Origin: Acidobacteriota bacterium
GTDB taxonomy: Bacteria; Acidobacteriota; UBA890; WLXD01
Assembly (NCBI GenBank): GCA_963666055.2
Contig: CAXWPH010000006.1
Span: 96,001 to 160,000 of the forward strand
Direction: 5' to 3'
Length of the DNA: 64,000 nt
This document shows positions 30,491 through 40,690 of the stretch, piece after piece. Position 1 is the first letter of the stretch; each line of letters starts with the position of its first letter. Under the pieces are notes generated by a model. It saw only the letters and a list, made by a program, of their open reading frames with translations, was not told the DNA's origin and ran no database searches. A program made the translations under genes and the position numbers.

Positions 30491-31795
30491 GTGCGCTTTG
30501 TCGATCTGATCGAATGCAAGAAGGCCGGCGGTTCTCTGACCTCCGACGAGCTCCGCTGGGCCATCGGAGCCTACCTCGACGACGAGGTAGCCGACTACCA
30601 GATGGCGGCCTTGCTGATGGCAATCCGCTGGCGTGGATTGGTCGACAGCGAGACGGTGGCGTTGACCGAGGCCATGGTGACGTCGGGTGAGACATACGAT
30701 CTCGACAACCTCGGCGGGGCGCTGGTCGACAAGCACAGCACCGGTGGCGTTGGCGACAAGGTGAGCCTGATCCTGGCACCGCTGGCGGCAGCCGCTGGGT
30801 GCACGGTGCCGATGGTGTCCGGGCGTGGGCTGGGGCACACGGGCGGCACGCTCGACAAGCTCGAGAGCATACCGGGGCTCCGAACCGACCTGTCGGCGGC
30901 GGCCTTCCGCGACCAGCTACAGCACATAGGCGTGGCGATGGGCGCACAGACGGCAACGTTCGTGCCGGCCGACAAGCGGCTGTATGCGCTCCGTGATGTG
31001 ACCGGGACTGTGGACGACCCCGGCCTCATTACCGCCAGTATCCTCAGCAAGAAGATCGCCGAGGGTACACGCGCTCTGGTGCTCGATGTGAAGGTCGGGC
31101 GTGGCGCCTTCTTCGCCGACATCGAAGATGCGCGGAGCCTGGCCGATCGCATCATAGCCGTGGCCGGCGCGTCGGGGCTGCGCTGCAGCGCGATGATCAC
31201 TGCCATGGAGCAGCCGTTGGGGAACACCGTGGGCAACGCCCTCGAGATGGCAGAATCGATCGATGTGCTGCGCGGCGGCGGTCCCGCCGATGTGCGTGCT
31301 CTGACGCTGGAGCTGGGGGCGGAGATGTTGCAGCTTGGCGGCATCGCCGCCGACCACGACGCCGCCCGGCGAAGAGTCGCCGACTGCCTCGACAGCGGCG
31401 CCGCTGCGGAGCGGTTCGAAGCTCTGGTCCAGGCGCAAGGCGGTGACCCGCGGGTGCTGTCCGATACCGCATTGCTCCCCACCGCAGCCCACCGCAGCCG
31501 GCTGTACCCGCCACAGTCCGGTTACGTTGCCGAGCTCGACGCTCGCGCCATCGGCCTGGCCAGCATATGGCTACGCGCCGGAAGAAATACCCAGGACGAC
31601 AAGCTCGACCTCGGCGCCGGCATCGAGCTACATGCCAAGTGCGGCGATGAAGTCAACGTCCGCACCCCATGGGCAACACTGCACCATGGCCCCGCGGCCG
31701 ACATAGACCGTGCCACCGAGTTAGTGCAAGCTGCGCTTACCGTATCGGCTGCCTCACTCGACCCACGACCCCTGATCCGCGAGAAGCGCCCATGA
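30491..31795 (+). CDS. pdp: Pyrimidine-nucleoside (thymidine) phosphorylase
   Basis: DYQMAALLMA, DKHSTGGVGDK, SGRGLGHTGGTLDKLESIPG, SILSKK, LDVKVG. Confidence 0.95.
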   Translation: MRFVDLIECKKAGGSLTSDELRWAIGAYLDDEVADYQMAALLMAIRWRGLVDSETVALTEAMVTSGETYDLDNLGGALVDKHSTGGVGDKVSLILAPLAAAAGCTVPMVSGRGLGHTGGTLDKLESIPGLRTDLSAAAFRDQLQHIGVAMGAQTATFVPADKRLYALRDVTGTVDDPGLITASILSKKIAEGTRALVLDVKVGRGAFFADIEDARSLADRIIAVAGASGLRCSAMITAMEQPLGNTVGNALEMAESIDVLRGGGPADVRALTLELGAEMLQLGGIAADHDAARRRVADCLDSGAAAERFEALVQAQGGDPRVLSDTALLPTAAHRSRLYPPQSGYVAELDARAIGLASIWLRAGRNTQDDKLDLGAGIELHAKCGDEVNVRTPWATLHHGPAADIDRATELVQAALTVSAASLDPRPLIREKRP

Positions 31796-33171
31796 TCGGC
31801 ATCGTCGGACTCGTTGTGCTGTATGGCATCGCTTACGGTCTCTCGCGCAACCGCGCCGCGGTGAACCTGCGCACGGTGCTGTGGGGCCTGGGCCTGCAGC
31901 TAACGTTTGCACTGATCATCATAAAGACCACGCCGGGCCAGGCTGTGTTCGCGGCGCTGGCCGCCGGGGTGACACGCCTACTGACCTTCGCTGATGCCGG
32001 TTCCGAGTTCGTCTTCGGTTCGCTAGCGCACAGCGATCAAGCGGGTTTCATCCTGGCGTTTCAGGTGCTTCCGGTCGTCGTGTTCATCGCCTCGTTCTTT
32101 TCTGTGCTCTACTTCATCGGCTTGATGCAGCGGGTCGTGCTGATCATGGCTCGTGGAATGCACCGCACGATGAAGGTATCCGGGTCAGAGTCGCTGGCGG
32201 CGGCGGCCAACGTGTTCATGGGTCAGACGGAGGCTCCGATCATCATTGCCCCCTTCATCCCGTCGATGACAACCTCGGAGCTCATGGCGCTGATGACCGG
32301 CGGTTTCGCCACCGTCTCAGGCGCAGTGCTGGCCGCCTACATCGGCCTCGGCGTGCGCGCTGAGTATCTGCTGTCGGCGAGCGTCATGGCGGCCCCGGCT
32401 TCGTTGGTCATGGCGAAGCTGCTGTTTCCCGAAACCGAGACATCCAAGACCGGCGGAGCTATCAACATCGACGTCGAGGCGACCGACGCCAACATCCTCG
32501 ATGCGGCAGCGCGCGGAGCCAGCCAGGGCGTCACGTTGGCGCTCAACATCGCCGGCATGCTCATCGCCTTCCTCGGGTTGATCGCGCTGGTGAACGGCGC
32601 CCTGGGGCTGGCGGGAAGCGCTTTCGCCCACACCGGCGGCGTAGTTCGGCTAAGCGGCGCGATGCTGGGGCTGCTGATCGCATACGTGCTGCTGTGGAAA
32701 CCGCCTCGCCAGCATGCGATCCGAGCCAGCGTCGCAGTGGCCGGACTGCTCGTGTTGAGCTGGGCGATCTTCTTCCTCCGCGGTCCTGGAGAGCTACCGC
32801 TGCGGCTCGAGAGCCTGCTCGGCATGGTGTTCGCTCCGCTCGCCTGGGTGATGGGTATCCCCTGGGCTGAGGCGAGCTTCGTGGGCGAGTTGTTCGGCAC
32901 CAAGCTCGTGCTGACCGAGATCGTTGGCTTTCGGCGCATGGTGGAGATGACCCAGGCTGGCTTGCTATCCCCCAGGTCCGAGCTCATCGCCTCGTATGCG
33001 CTGTGCGGGTTCGCCAACTTTGCCTCCATCGCCATCCAGATCGGTGGCATCGGTGGACTGGCGCCGAGCCGTAAGGCCGAGCTGGCGCGCATCGGACCCT
33101 GGGCGATGCTCGCCGGCACGATGTCGTCGTTCTCCACCGCGACGCTTGCCGGGATGCTATCGGGGCTTTGA
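31792..33171 (+). CDS. nupC: Concentrative nucleoside transporter (CNT family)
   Basis: FVFG, FMGQTEAP, MTGGFATVSG, MAAP, YALCGFANF, IQIGGIG. Confidence 0.93.
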   Translation: MIGIVGLVVLYGIAYGLSRNRAAVNLRTVLWGLGLQLTFALIIIKTTPGQAVFAALAAGVTRLLTFADAGSEFVFGSLAHSDQAGFILAFQVLPVVVFIASFFSVLYFIGLMQRVVLIMARGMHRTMKVSGSESLAAAANVFMGQTEAPIIIAPFIPSMTTSELMALMTGGFATVSGAVLAAYIGLGVRAEYLLSASVMAAPASLVMAKLLFPETETSKTGGAINIDVEATDANILDAAARGASQGVTLALNIAGMLIAFLGLIALVNGALGLAGSAFAHTGGVVRLSGAMLGLLIAYVLLWKPPRQHAIRASVAVAGLLVLSWAIFFLRGPGELPLRLESLLGMVFAPLAWVMGIPWAEASFVGELFGTKLVLTEIVGFRRMVEMTQAGLLSPRSELIASYALCGFANFASIAIQIGGIGGLAPSRKAELARIGPWAMLAGTMSSFSTATLAGMLSGL

Positions 33172-33202
33172 TGCGCAACGCAGCGACGGTTGGAGCCGCC
33201 GG

Positions 33203-34072
33203 ATGAGCGGTGACGCACCAGCGGATCTTGTCGGCAGGCTCGACACGGCGCGCGACTCGATCGCAGCGCGAGTGCGTATGCAGCCCCGTATCGGACTCGT
33301 ACTCGGATCGGGCCTCGGCGCCATGGCCGAAACCCTCGATGACGCCGCCGTAATCCCCTACGGCGACATACCGGGCTGGCCGATCTCGACCGTAGCCGGA
33401 CACTCCGGGCGCTTGGTGATCGGAAGGAGCCACGGGGTAACGCTGGCGGTGATGCAAGGACGCGTGCATCTGTACGAAGGATATGCGCCGTGGGAGGTGT
33501 CCTTTCCTACCCGAGTGTTGGCGTTGCTGGGATGCAAGGCGCTGCTGTTGACCAACGCGGCAGGTGCCGTCAATACCGATTTCTCGCCGGGCGACCTGAT
33601 GCTGATCACCGATCACATCAACCTGCAGGGGTCGAACCCCTGCGTCGGCCCAAACCTGCACTCTCTCGGCAAGCGCTTTTTCGATATGAGCCAGATCTAC
33701 GATCCCGAGTACATCGAGGCGGCCCGGATGGCGGCCCTCGGGCGCGGACAGCGCCTACGCGAGGGCGTCTACGCCGCGATGCTCGGACCATCCTTCGAAA
33801 CCCCCGCGGAGATTCGAATGCTGCGCGCCCTGGGCGCCGACGCCGTCGGCATGTCGACGGTGCCCGAAGTCATCGCCGCCGCCCACGCCGGGCTCAAGGT
33901 AGCCGGACTCTCATGCATCACCAACATGGCGGCCGGAATCCTCGACCAGCCACTCAACCACACCGAAGTGATGGAGGTCGCCGAGCGCGTGCGCAATGAC
34001 TTCATTGGCTTGCTGCGCAGCATTATTCACGGAATCGCCGAGCTCGAGAACTGGACCGACGCCGATGGATGA
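33203..34072 (+). CDS. punA: Purine-nucleoside phosphorylase (trimeric type)
   Basis: LGSGLG, STVAGHSG, GRVHLYEGY, TNAAG, GPSFETPAE, GMSTVPE, ITNMAAG. Confidence 0.93.
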   Translation: MSGDAPADLVGRLDTARDSIAARVRMQPRIGLVLGSGLGAMAETLDDAAVIPYGDIPGWPISTVAGHSGRLVIGRSHGVTLAVMQGRVHLYEGYAPWEVSFPTRVLALLGCKALLLTNAAGAVNTDFSPGDLMLITDHINLQGSNPCVGPNLHSLGKRFFDMSQIYDPEYIEAARMAALGRGQRLREGVYAAMLGPSFETPAEIRMLRALGADAVGMSTVPEVIAAAHAGLKVAGLSCITNMAAGILDQPLNHTEVMEVAERVRNDFIGLLRSIIHGIAELENWTDADG

Positions 34073-34550
34073 AGCCGACAACACCAACTCACGGCCGCCG
34101 CTGGTGCCGATCGCGGATCTGGAGCCCGATCAACGCAAGCTCGTCGAGGCGGCCATCCGAGCCCGATCGCGCGCCCACGCACCCTACTCGCAGTTCAAGG
34201 TGGGGGCCGCCGTCCTGGACGCCGAGCTTCGGCAGCATCGCGGCTGCAACGTCGAGATCTCGTCGTACGGGCTGACGCTGTGCGCCGAGCGCGTGGCGTT
34301 GTTCGCGGCTCGCGCCGCCGGCAGCGCCCCAGTAACCGCCCTCGCGGTGGTCGGGCCGGGGCGCGGGTCGCAGCCGACACCCCCTTGTGGGGCCTGCCGA
34401 CAGGTTATCTGGGATCTCGCCGGCGACATTCCTGTGCTCATGGCAACCCTCGACGGCCACGTCGAGATCTGGCGTGCCTCGGAGCTCTTACCGGCGGCTT
34501 TCGGACCCGACCATCTGGATTGCTCGCCCGTACCAGCGGACAAGCCATGA
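34065..34550 (+). CDS. cdd: Cytidine deaminase (tetrameric type)
   Basis: APYSQFKVGAA, GCNVE, CAER, PCGACRQ. Confidence 0.93.
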   Translation: MDEADNTNSRPPLVPIADLEPDQRKLVEAAIRARSRAHAPYSQFKVGAAVLDAELRQHRGCNVEISSYGLTLCAERVALFAARAAGSAPVTALAVVGPGRGSQPTPPCGACRQVIWDLAGDIPVLMATLDGHVEIWRASELLPAAFGPDHLDCSPVPADKP

Positions 34551-35983
34551 GCGCCCGCCTCGCGACGCTGCGCTCAGTCGTCGCGTTGGCGGCGATCAGC
34601 GCGACTGGATGCGCCGGTCCCGGCAATACTCCGGCAACCGGAGAGGGGCGCACCGCGGCCGACCTGCTCGTGCTGGGGGGCACCTTCGTGACCATGGACC
34701 CCGACCGTACGGTCATTGCCGACGGCGGCATCGCGGTAGTCGACGGTGCCATCGCGGCGATCGGTACGGCGGCCGAGATCGAAGCAGCCTGGGATGCCGA
34801 CGAGGTGATCGCCGCGGGCCAGCGCGACATGGTCATTCCCGGGCTCATCAACGGCCATGGTCACGCCGCCATGGTGCTGCTACGCGGTATCGCCGACGAC
34901 CTGGCGTTGATGGACTGGCTGGAGAACTACATCTTTCCAGCCGAGGCGGCGACGGTGACCGCCGAGTTCGTGCGCGTCGGCACGCAGCTGGCGGCGTTGG
35001 AGATGATTCGCACCGGAACGACAACGTTCGTCGACATGTACTACTTCGAGGACGAGGTCGCCAAGGTCGTCGACGAGTCCGGTATGCGAGCGATCGTCGG
35101 CGAGACGGTGCTCGAATTCCCGGTGCCCGACGCGGCCTCGGCGAACGAGGCCCTCGCCCATACACGCGCGCTGATCAACAAGTGGAAGGACCACCCGAGG
35201 GTCACCGCCACCGCCGCGCCGCATGCGCCGTACACGCTCCAGCCCGAGACGCTGCAGCGCACGGTGGCGCTGACACGCGAGCACGGGGTCCCGGTGCTGA
35301 TCCACCTGGCAGAGACCAGCGACGAAGTGCGCCAGATTGGCGAGCGCTACGACCGCACCCCGACTGAGCATCTCGAAGCTATCGGGTTTCTTGGCCCCGA
35401 TGTGATCGCGGCGCACGCCGTATGGCTCGATGACACCGACATCGAGATCCTGGCGCGTCACGGGGTGGGCGTCATCCACAACCCCGAGAGCAACATGAAG
35501 CTCGCCTCCGGCACCATGCGCGTGGAGGATCTGCTGCGTGCCGGGGTGGCGGTAGGGATCGGCACCGACGGGGCCGCTTCGAATAACGACCTCGACATGT
35601 TCGGTGCCACGTTCCTGGCACCGCTGCTACAGAAGCACATGCGCAATGACCCCACCGCCCTGCCGGCGACCGAGGCGTTGGCGATGGCGACGATCTCGGG
35701 GGCACGCGCTCTCGGGCTTGAGGCAGAGATCGGCTCGCTGGAGATCGGCAAACGCGCCGACCTGGCTATCGTCTCGGGTAACCTGCCTAACCTGGTGCCG
35801 CGCTACGACCCCTATTCGCACCTGGTCTATGCCACCCGGGGGAGCAACGTACGCGTCACCATCGTCGACGGCCGAGTTTTGTACAAGGACGGTGTCTTCT
35901 CGACCATCGACCACGACGCGGTCCTGGCGGCCGCCTGGGTGCTACGCGATCAGATCGAGGCCGCGGTCGCAGACGCCCGATAG
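34547..35983 (+). CDS. MtaD/SsnA-like nucleoside deaminase (amidohydrolase) with lipoprotein-type signal
   Basis: PGLINGHGH, APHAPY, IHLAET, AHAVW, HNPESNMKL, GTDGAASN; N-terminal VVALAAISATGC. Confidence 0.85.
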   Translation: MSARLATLRSVVALAAISATGCAGPGNTPATGEGRTAADLLVLGGTFVTMDPDRTVIADGGIAVVDGAIAAIGTAAEIEAAWDADEVIAAGQRDMVIPGLINGHGHAAMVLLRGIADDLALMDWLENYIFPAEAATVTAEFVRVGTQLAALEMIRTGTTTFVDMYYFEDEVAKVVDESGMRAIVGETVLEFPVPDAASANEALAHTRALINKWKDHPRVTATAAPHAPYTLQPETLQRTVALTREHGVPVLIHLAETSDEVRQIGERYDRTPTEHLEAIGFLGPDVIAAHAVWLDDTDIEILARHGVGVIHNPESNMKLASGTMRVEDLLRAGVAVGIGTDGAASNNDLDMFGATFLAPLLQKHMRNDPTALPATEALAMATISGARALGLEAEIGSLEIGKRADLAIVSGNLPNLVPRYDPYSHLVYATRGSNVRVTIVDGRVLYKDGVFSTIDHDAVLAAAWVLRDQIEAAVADAR

Positions 35984-36064
35984 CGGGCAACACCAACCGC
36001 CAAGACAACACCCCGTCCGAACCGGCGGGTAGTGGCTTGAGCCACTACCAACCGGCGCTTTGCC

Positions 36065-36092
36065 TTGACACCGGAGCGTACGCGCATAGCAT
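36065..36092 (+). promoter_or_regulatory. Sigma-70-type promoter upstream of the TonB-dependent receptor
   Basis: TTGACA-16 bp-TAGCAT. Confidence 0.6.
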
Positions 36093-36297
36093 GAGACGCT
36101 GACGGGTAGGGGCTATCCCGTCGTAATGTGAAGGAATCCTTTCCCCGGGAACGCAAGCTTGTGGGTTCCAGGTCACGGGCTTCGAACAATGGTTTCGAGA
36201 GTGGTTTCGAGGGTCAGCGAAGGGCCGACTCGCGCGGGGGTAAGCATGATCAGGTGGACGCTTAGGCGTTCGCCGCTCTTCCGACTGGGAGGCAGAT

Positions 36298-39126
36298 GTG
36301 AGGCCAGCGCGTTCTGTGCTGATCTTCGCCTTGGCAACTCTTCTGGCAGTGTCGTTTACGTCCAGCGCATGGGCGCAAACACAGGCAACGTCAGGAAACC
36401 TCCAGGGCGTCGTAACCGACCCTGACGGCAACCCGCTTCCGGGCGTCAGCATCACGGTCACCGGGCAGGACACGGGCCGTGTTCGCTCCACCGTAACCTC
36501 GACGACGGGGAACTACCGCGTGCCGCTCCTGCCGACGGGGCTGTATTCCGTCAGAGCCGAGCTGACCGGGTTCCAGTCGATCGAGCGAACCAATATCCGC
36601 ATCCGCCTGGGCGGAGCGCAGGAAGTCGGCATCCAGATGTCGCTGGCGTCGATACAGGAGGTACTGATCGTCACCGGTCAGGCGCCTGTGATCGAGACCT
36701 CGAAGACACAGGTATCCACCAGCATCGATGAGATCGCTATCGACTCGCTGCCGATTCTGGGCCGCAACTTCACCGACTTCACCCTGTTGACACCCGGCGC
36801 CCAAATCGAGTCATCGCGCAACACGATTTCGCTCTCCGGCCAACGTGGTGTGAACACCTCTGTGAACATCGACGGCGCCTCCGACAACAGCGCGTTCTTC
36901 GGCTACCAGCGCGGCGGCACCGACTCGCCGTTCACGGTGAGCCAGGAGTCGGTACAGGAGTTCCAGGTGATTACCTCCGGCATCATGCCGGAATTCGGCC
37001 GCTCCGGCGGTGGCCTGGTAAACGTGGTCACCAAGTCGGGCACCAACCAGTGGCGCGGCGGCGCGCACCTGTTCTGGCGCGATGAGTCGCTCACCGCCAA
37101 CGACCCGTTCGATCGCGAGCAGGCCGAGTTCTCGGTAAAGCAGTTCGGCGGCAACATCGGTGGCCCGCTACAGCGCAACGAGCACTTCATCTTCGCCTCG
37201 GTGGACTTCCAGAACTTCAGCACCCCGTACTTCGTCGACTACGATATCTCCGACGCGGAGTTCGCGCAGCTGCAGGCCTACGTAAGCCAGTTTCGTCCCA
37301 ACTGGGACATCTCGCAGTCGCAGTTCAGCCGTACCAACGACGTCGTGGTGCCGTTCCTGAAGACCGACTTCACGATCAGCGACAACACCCAGCTGACGTT
37401 GCGACTGAACTACTCGAAGCACGAGACGATTGGTGGCGGTACCGACACCAACCTGCAGGGCACGACGACGGCGTCGAACTCGAGCCTGGGTGACCAGAAG
37501 GAGAAGACCCTGTCGGCGATCGCCCAAATCACCTCGGTGCTTGGCGACCGGGCCTTCAACGAGTTCCGCGTACAGTACGCATACGACGATCTCGACCGGC
37601 TGTCGAACGATCTGGATGGTCCGGACACGGACATCCGCAGCCCGTTTGTGCAGCTGGGTCGCCGGTTCTTCATGCCGATCTTTGTCGACGAGAAGAAGTT
37701 CCAGGTACAGGACAACTTCTCGTACCTGTTCGACACCCACGACATCAAGGCCGGCTTCGATTACGAGACCGACAAGACGGGTGAGTTCTTCGCCGGTTTC
37801 CCGCAAGGTGAGTTCCGCTTCAGCGGCCTGGATGCATTCATGGCCAACGAGCCGGACTTCATGTTGCAGAGCTTCGGCGTAGCAACGGAGAACTTCGCCA
37901 ACAACTTCGACGTTCGCCAATCGATCCTCGCGTTCTACGTGCAGGACTCCTGGCGGGCCAGCAACACGGTGACGGTCAACTACGGCCTGCGCTGGGAAGG
38001 GACGATGAACCCGACCCCGCCTGGCAACGCAGCGTTCCCGGGCACTCTGTCGATTCCCGACGACATGAAAGGCTGGCAGCCTCGCGCCGGCATCGCCTAT
38101 GCTCCGGACCCGAAGATGGTCTTCCGCGCTTCGGCCGGGCGATTCGTCTCACGCACCCCGACCCTGCTGTTCTTCAACCCGTTCACCTCGATCGGCACGC
38201 CGGGTGTGGGGATCTTCTTCATCCCGGGCTTCGGCGGCGAGCTCGATGGGCTGTGGCCGAACGGTTTCGACGGCCTGCCCGAGGGGATCACGGCCGACCA
38301 GGAGGTCTACTGGTTCGACGACAACTTCGTCAACCCCCGCACCTGGCGCTTCAACGTCGGGGCCGAGCGTGAGGTGATCGACAACCTGTCGCTCGGGGTG
38401 TCGATCGTCCATGCTCGATCCGACACGCTACAGACGTTGTGGGACATGAACTTCACCGGCGGCAACCGCGACGCCGATGGCCGCTTTATCTACGACGGAC
38501 GCATCGTCGATGGACAAGAGTGGCACATCAGTCAATCGAACGGCCGCTCCCGTTACACTGCCGGGATCTTCGAGTTCAAGAAGCGCTTCAGCAATGGCTG
38601 GGGCGCCTTCGGCTCGTATACGGCCGGCTGGGACCGGGACGACGACTCCAACGAGCGATCCGCCGGTGGCACACAGACCAGCAACATTTTCAACCCGGCC
38701 GACGACTACGGGTTCTCGGATCGGTCGATTCGCCACCGGATCGTCGTAAGCGCCTTCGGTGACTTGCCGGCCGGCCTCAAACTGGCGGGCACGTTCGTCT
38801 GGCGCACGGGCACTCCCTACAGCGCTGTGGCGACGAGCGACCTCAACGGCGACGGCGAGGACGACAACGATCTCGCCTTGGTTGACGGCACGATCTCAGA
38901 ACGTAACGCGTTCCGTCAGCCGAACTTCAAGAACGTCGACATCCGGTTGACCAAGGAGTTCACTACTGGGGTTGGTCGCTTCCAAGCCTTCCTCGAGGTG
39001 TTCAACCTCTTGAACTCCGAGAACCTGTTCACCAGCCGGACGGATTTCAACTCCCGTTTCGGCGACCTGAACACGTTCATCGGCAACGTCCGCCAGTTGC
39101 AGCTCGGCTTCAAGTACGTTTACTAG
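36298..39126 (+). CDS. TonB-dependent receptor with N-terminal carboxypeptidase-like domain (Oar-like)
   Basis: Signal peptide; GVVTDPDGNPLPGVSI; LPILGRNF; VQEFQV; GGLVNVVTKSGTN; YVQDSW; C-terminal RQLQLGFKYVY. Confidence 0.92.
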   Translation: MRPARSVLIFALATLLAVSFTSSAWAQTQATSGNLQGVVTDPDGNPLPGVSITVTGQDTGRVRSTVTSTTGNYRVPLLPTGLYSVRAELTGFQSIERTNIRIRLGGAQEVGIQMSLASIQEVLIVTGQAPVIETSKTQVSTSIDEIAIDSLPILGRNFTDFTLLTPGAQIESSRNTISLSGQRGVNTSVNIDGASDNSAFFGYQRGGTDSPFTVSQESVQEFQVITSGIMPEFGRSGGGLVNVVTKSGTNQWRGGAHLFWRDESLTANDPFDREQAEFSVKQFGGNIGGPLQRNEHFIFASVDFQNFSTPYFVDYDISDAEFAQLQAYVSQFRPNWDISQSQFSRTNDVVVPFLKTDFTISDNTQLTLRLNYSKHETIGGGTDTNLQGTTTASNSSLGDQKEKTLSAIAQITSVLGDRAFNEFRVQYAYDDLDRLSNDLDGPDTDIRSPFVQLGRRFFMPIFVDEKKFQVQDNFSYLFDTHDIKAGFDYETDKTGEFFAGFPQGEFRFSGLDAFMANEPDFMLQSFGVATENFANNFDVRQSILAFYVQDSWRASNTVTVNYGLRWEGTMNPTPPGNAAFPGTLSIPDDMKGWQPRAGIAYAPDPKMVFRASAGRFVSRTPTLLFFNPFTSIGTPGVGIFFIPGFGGELDGLWPNGFDGLPEGITADQEVYWFDDNFVNPRTWRFNVGAEREVIDNLSLGVSIVHARSDTLQTLWDMNFTGGNRDADGRFIYDGRIVDGQEWHISQSNGRSRYTAGIFEFKKRFSNGWGAFGSYTAGWDRDDDSNERSAGGTQTSNIFNPADDYGFSDRSIRHRIVVSAFGDLPAGLKLAGTFVWRTGTPYSAVATSDLNGDGEDDNDLALVDGTISERNAFRQPNFKNVDIRLTKEFTTGVGRFQAFLEVFNLLNSENLFTSRTDFNSRFGDLNTFIGNVRQLQLGFKYVY

Positions 39127-39151
39127 AGCCGACCTGAACAGCAACTCGCGA

Positions 39152-39180
39152 GGGCCCCTCCCCACCACGGGGAGGGGCCC
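39152..39180 (+). terminator. Hairpin after the TonB receptor gene
   Basis: 12-bp perfect stem gggcccctcccc/ggggaggggccc. Confidence 0.6.
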
Positions 39181-39232
39181 CCGTGCTTTAGTAGGTATCC
39201 ACGAGACCGCTCTCGCCCAGCGGAACCCAGGC

Positions 39233-40690
39233 ATGGTCCGTCCACTCCGGCCCGCAACTCTGCTGACACTCGTCGTCTTGACCGCCGTTGCCACTGCCCG
39301 CGGAGCGACGCAGAGCGTCGAGACCACCGTGGAGGAAATCCGCGCCGCGCTCGATGCCGGTCAGGTCGTCGCGGCGATCGAGGCAGCAGAGGAGGCTACG
39401 AGCCGCTATCCCGAGTCGTCTCGAGTCGCGGTCTGGGTGGGGCACACCTATCGCCGCGCTGGCGATCTGGCCGCCGCCGCCAGCGCCTATGCGCGTGCGG
39501 ACGCATTGTCGCCCGATGACCCGGAGGTCGCAATGGGTCGCGGGGCGATGTACGAGACGGTGGGAGACCTGGCGGCGGCGATCGCCGCCTACGATCGCGC
39601 CATCGAGCTGGTGCACGAAAGCACTGCTCCATGGAGAGCAGCCGGCTCGGTGCACATGCGGCTTGGGAACCACACGCGGGCGGCGGAGTACTTTCGCGGC
39701 TTCCTCGAGCGCCAAGCCGATGATCTCGAGGTTCGCTACCTGCTCGGTGTGGCGTTGTATTTGACGGGCGACTATGACGCGGCCCTCGAGGTGTTGGAAG
39801 CGGGCCTGCAGCAGGAACCGGGCAACGTGCCTGCCGGATACGCACTTGGAGTGATCCTGGCCGATCGACCGCCGGACCACGGTCGCGCGCTTGAGCTGTT
39901 GCAACGGGCCGCAGCGACAGGCTTCGAGGAGACCGAGGCTAGCTACCTGGTCGGCAGGATCTTCTCGGACGGTGGTGACTTCGAGAACTCCATTGTGCAC
40001 CTTCGCCGAGCGCTCGAGCTTCAGCCACACCACCTCGAGGCCACCTATCGATTGGCTCAGACACTGTCGCGGACTGGCGCAACGGACGAAGGCCAGCGGT
40101 TGATGGAGCGCTTCCGCGAGCTACAGCAAGAGTTCAACACGCGAGAGGCAAGCGACAAGGAGCTCAAGACGCTGAGTAATGCGCTGGTTGCCGCCACCCG
40201 CGATGGCGACCGAGAGGCGATCGATGGTGTGCTCGCAGCCATGCTCGCGGCGGCCCCTGACGACCCGGAGGTGCTGCTGAGGGCTGCCAAGATTTGGTTG
40301 TCATCGAACAACACAACCGCTGCGATCAACGCCGCAACTGCCGCCGCGCAGATCGATCCCGACAACTGGGAGGCACTCTACCTGCAGGGCTTGAGCCTTG
40401 AGCGCGCCGGACGCGTCGCAGAGGCAGCGCAAGCGCTGCGGGCTTCGTTGGTCAAGAACCCGCTGTTCGCGGATACCTATGCGGTACTGGGCAACACACT
40501 GCTTGCGGCCGGGCAAACGAAGGCCGCGGTGAGCGCCTACCTTGCGGCAGTCGACCTCGATGCGGACAATCCCGTGTACTGGATCAATCTCGCAACCACG
40601 TATCAGGACCTCGAGCAGACGGACCTCGCCGAGCGGGCGATGCAGGAATATCGCCGGACGAGCAGCCGCCGAAGCAGCGAATGGCGATGA
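39233..40690 (+). CDS. Secreted TPR-repeat protein
   Basis: Signal peptide; many ~34-aa A/L/G/Y-patterned repeats. Confidence 0.85.
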   Translation: MVRPLRPATLLTLVVLTAVATARGATQSVETTVEEIRAALDAGQVVAAIEAAEEATSRYPESSRVAVWVGHTYRRAGDLAAAASAYARADALSPDDPEVAMGRGAMYETVGDLAAAIAAYDRAIELVHESTAPWRAAGSVHMRLGNHTRAAEYFRGFLERQADDLEVRYLLGVALYLTGDYDAALEVLEAGLQQEPGNVPAGYALGVILADRPPDHGRALELLQRAAATGFEETEASYLVGRIFSDGGDFENSIVHLRRALELQPHHLEATYRLAQTLSRTGATDEGQRLMERFRELQQEFNTREASDKELKTLSNALVAATRDGDREAIDGVLAAMLAAAPDDPEVLLRAAKIWLSSNNTTAAINAATAAAQIDPDNWEALYLQGLSLERAGRVAEAAQALRASLVKNPLFADTYAVLGNTLLAAGQTKAAVSAYLAAVDLDADNPVYWINLATTYQDLEQTDLAERAMQEYRRTSSRRSSEWR

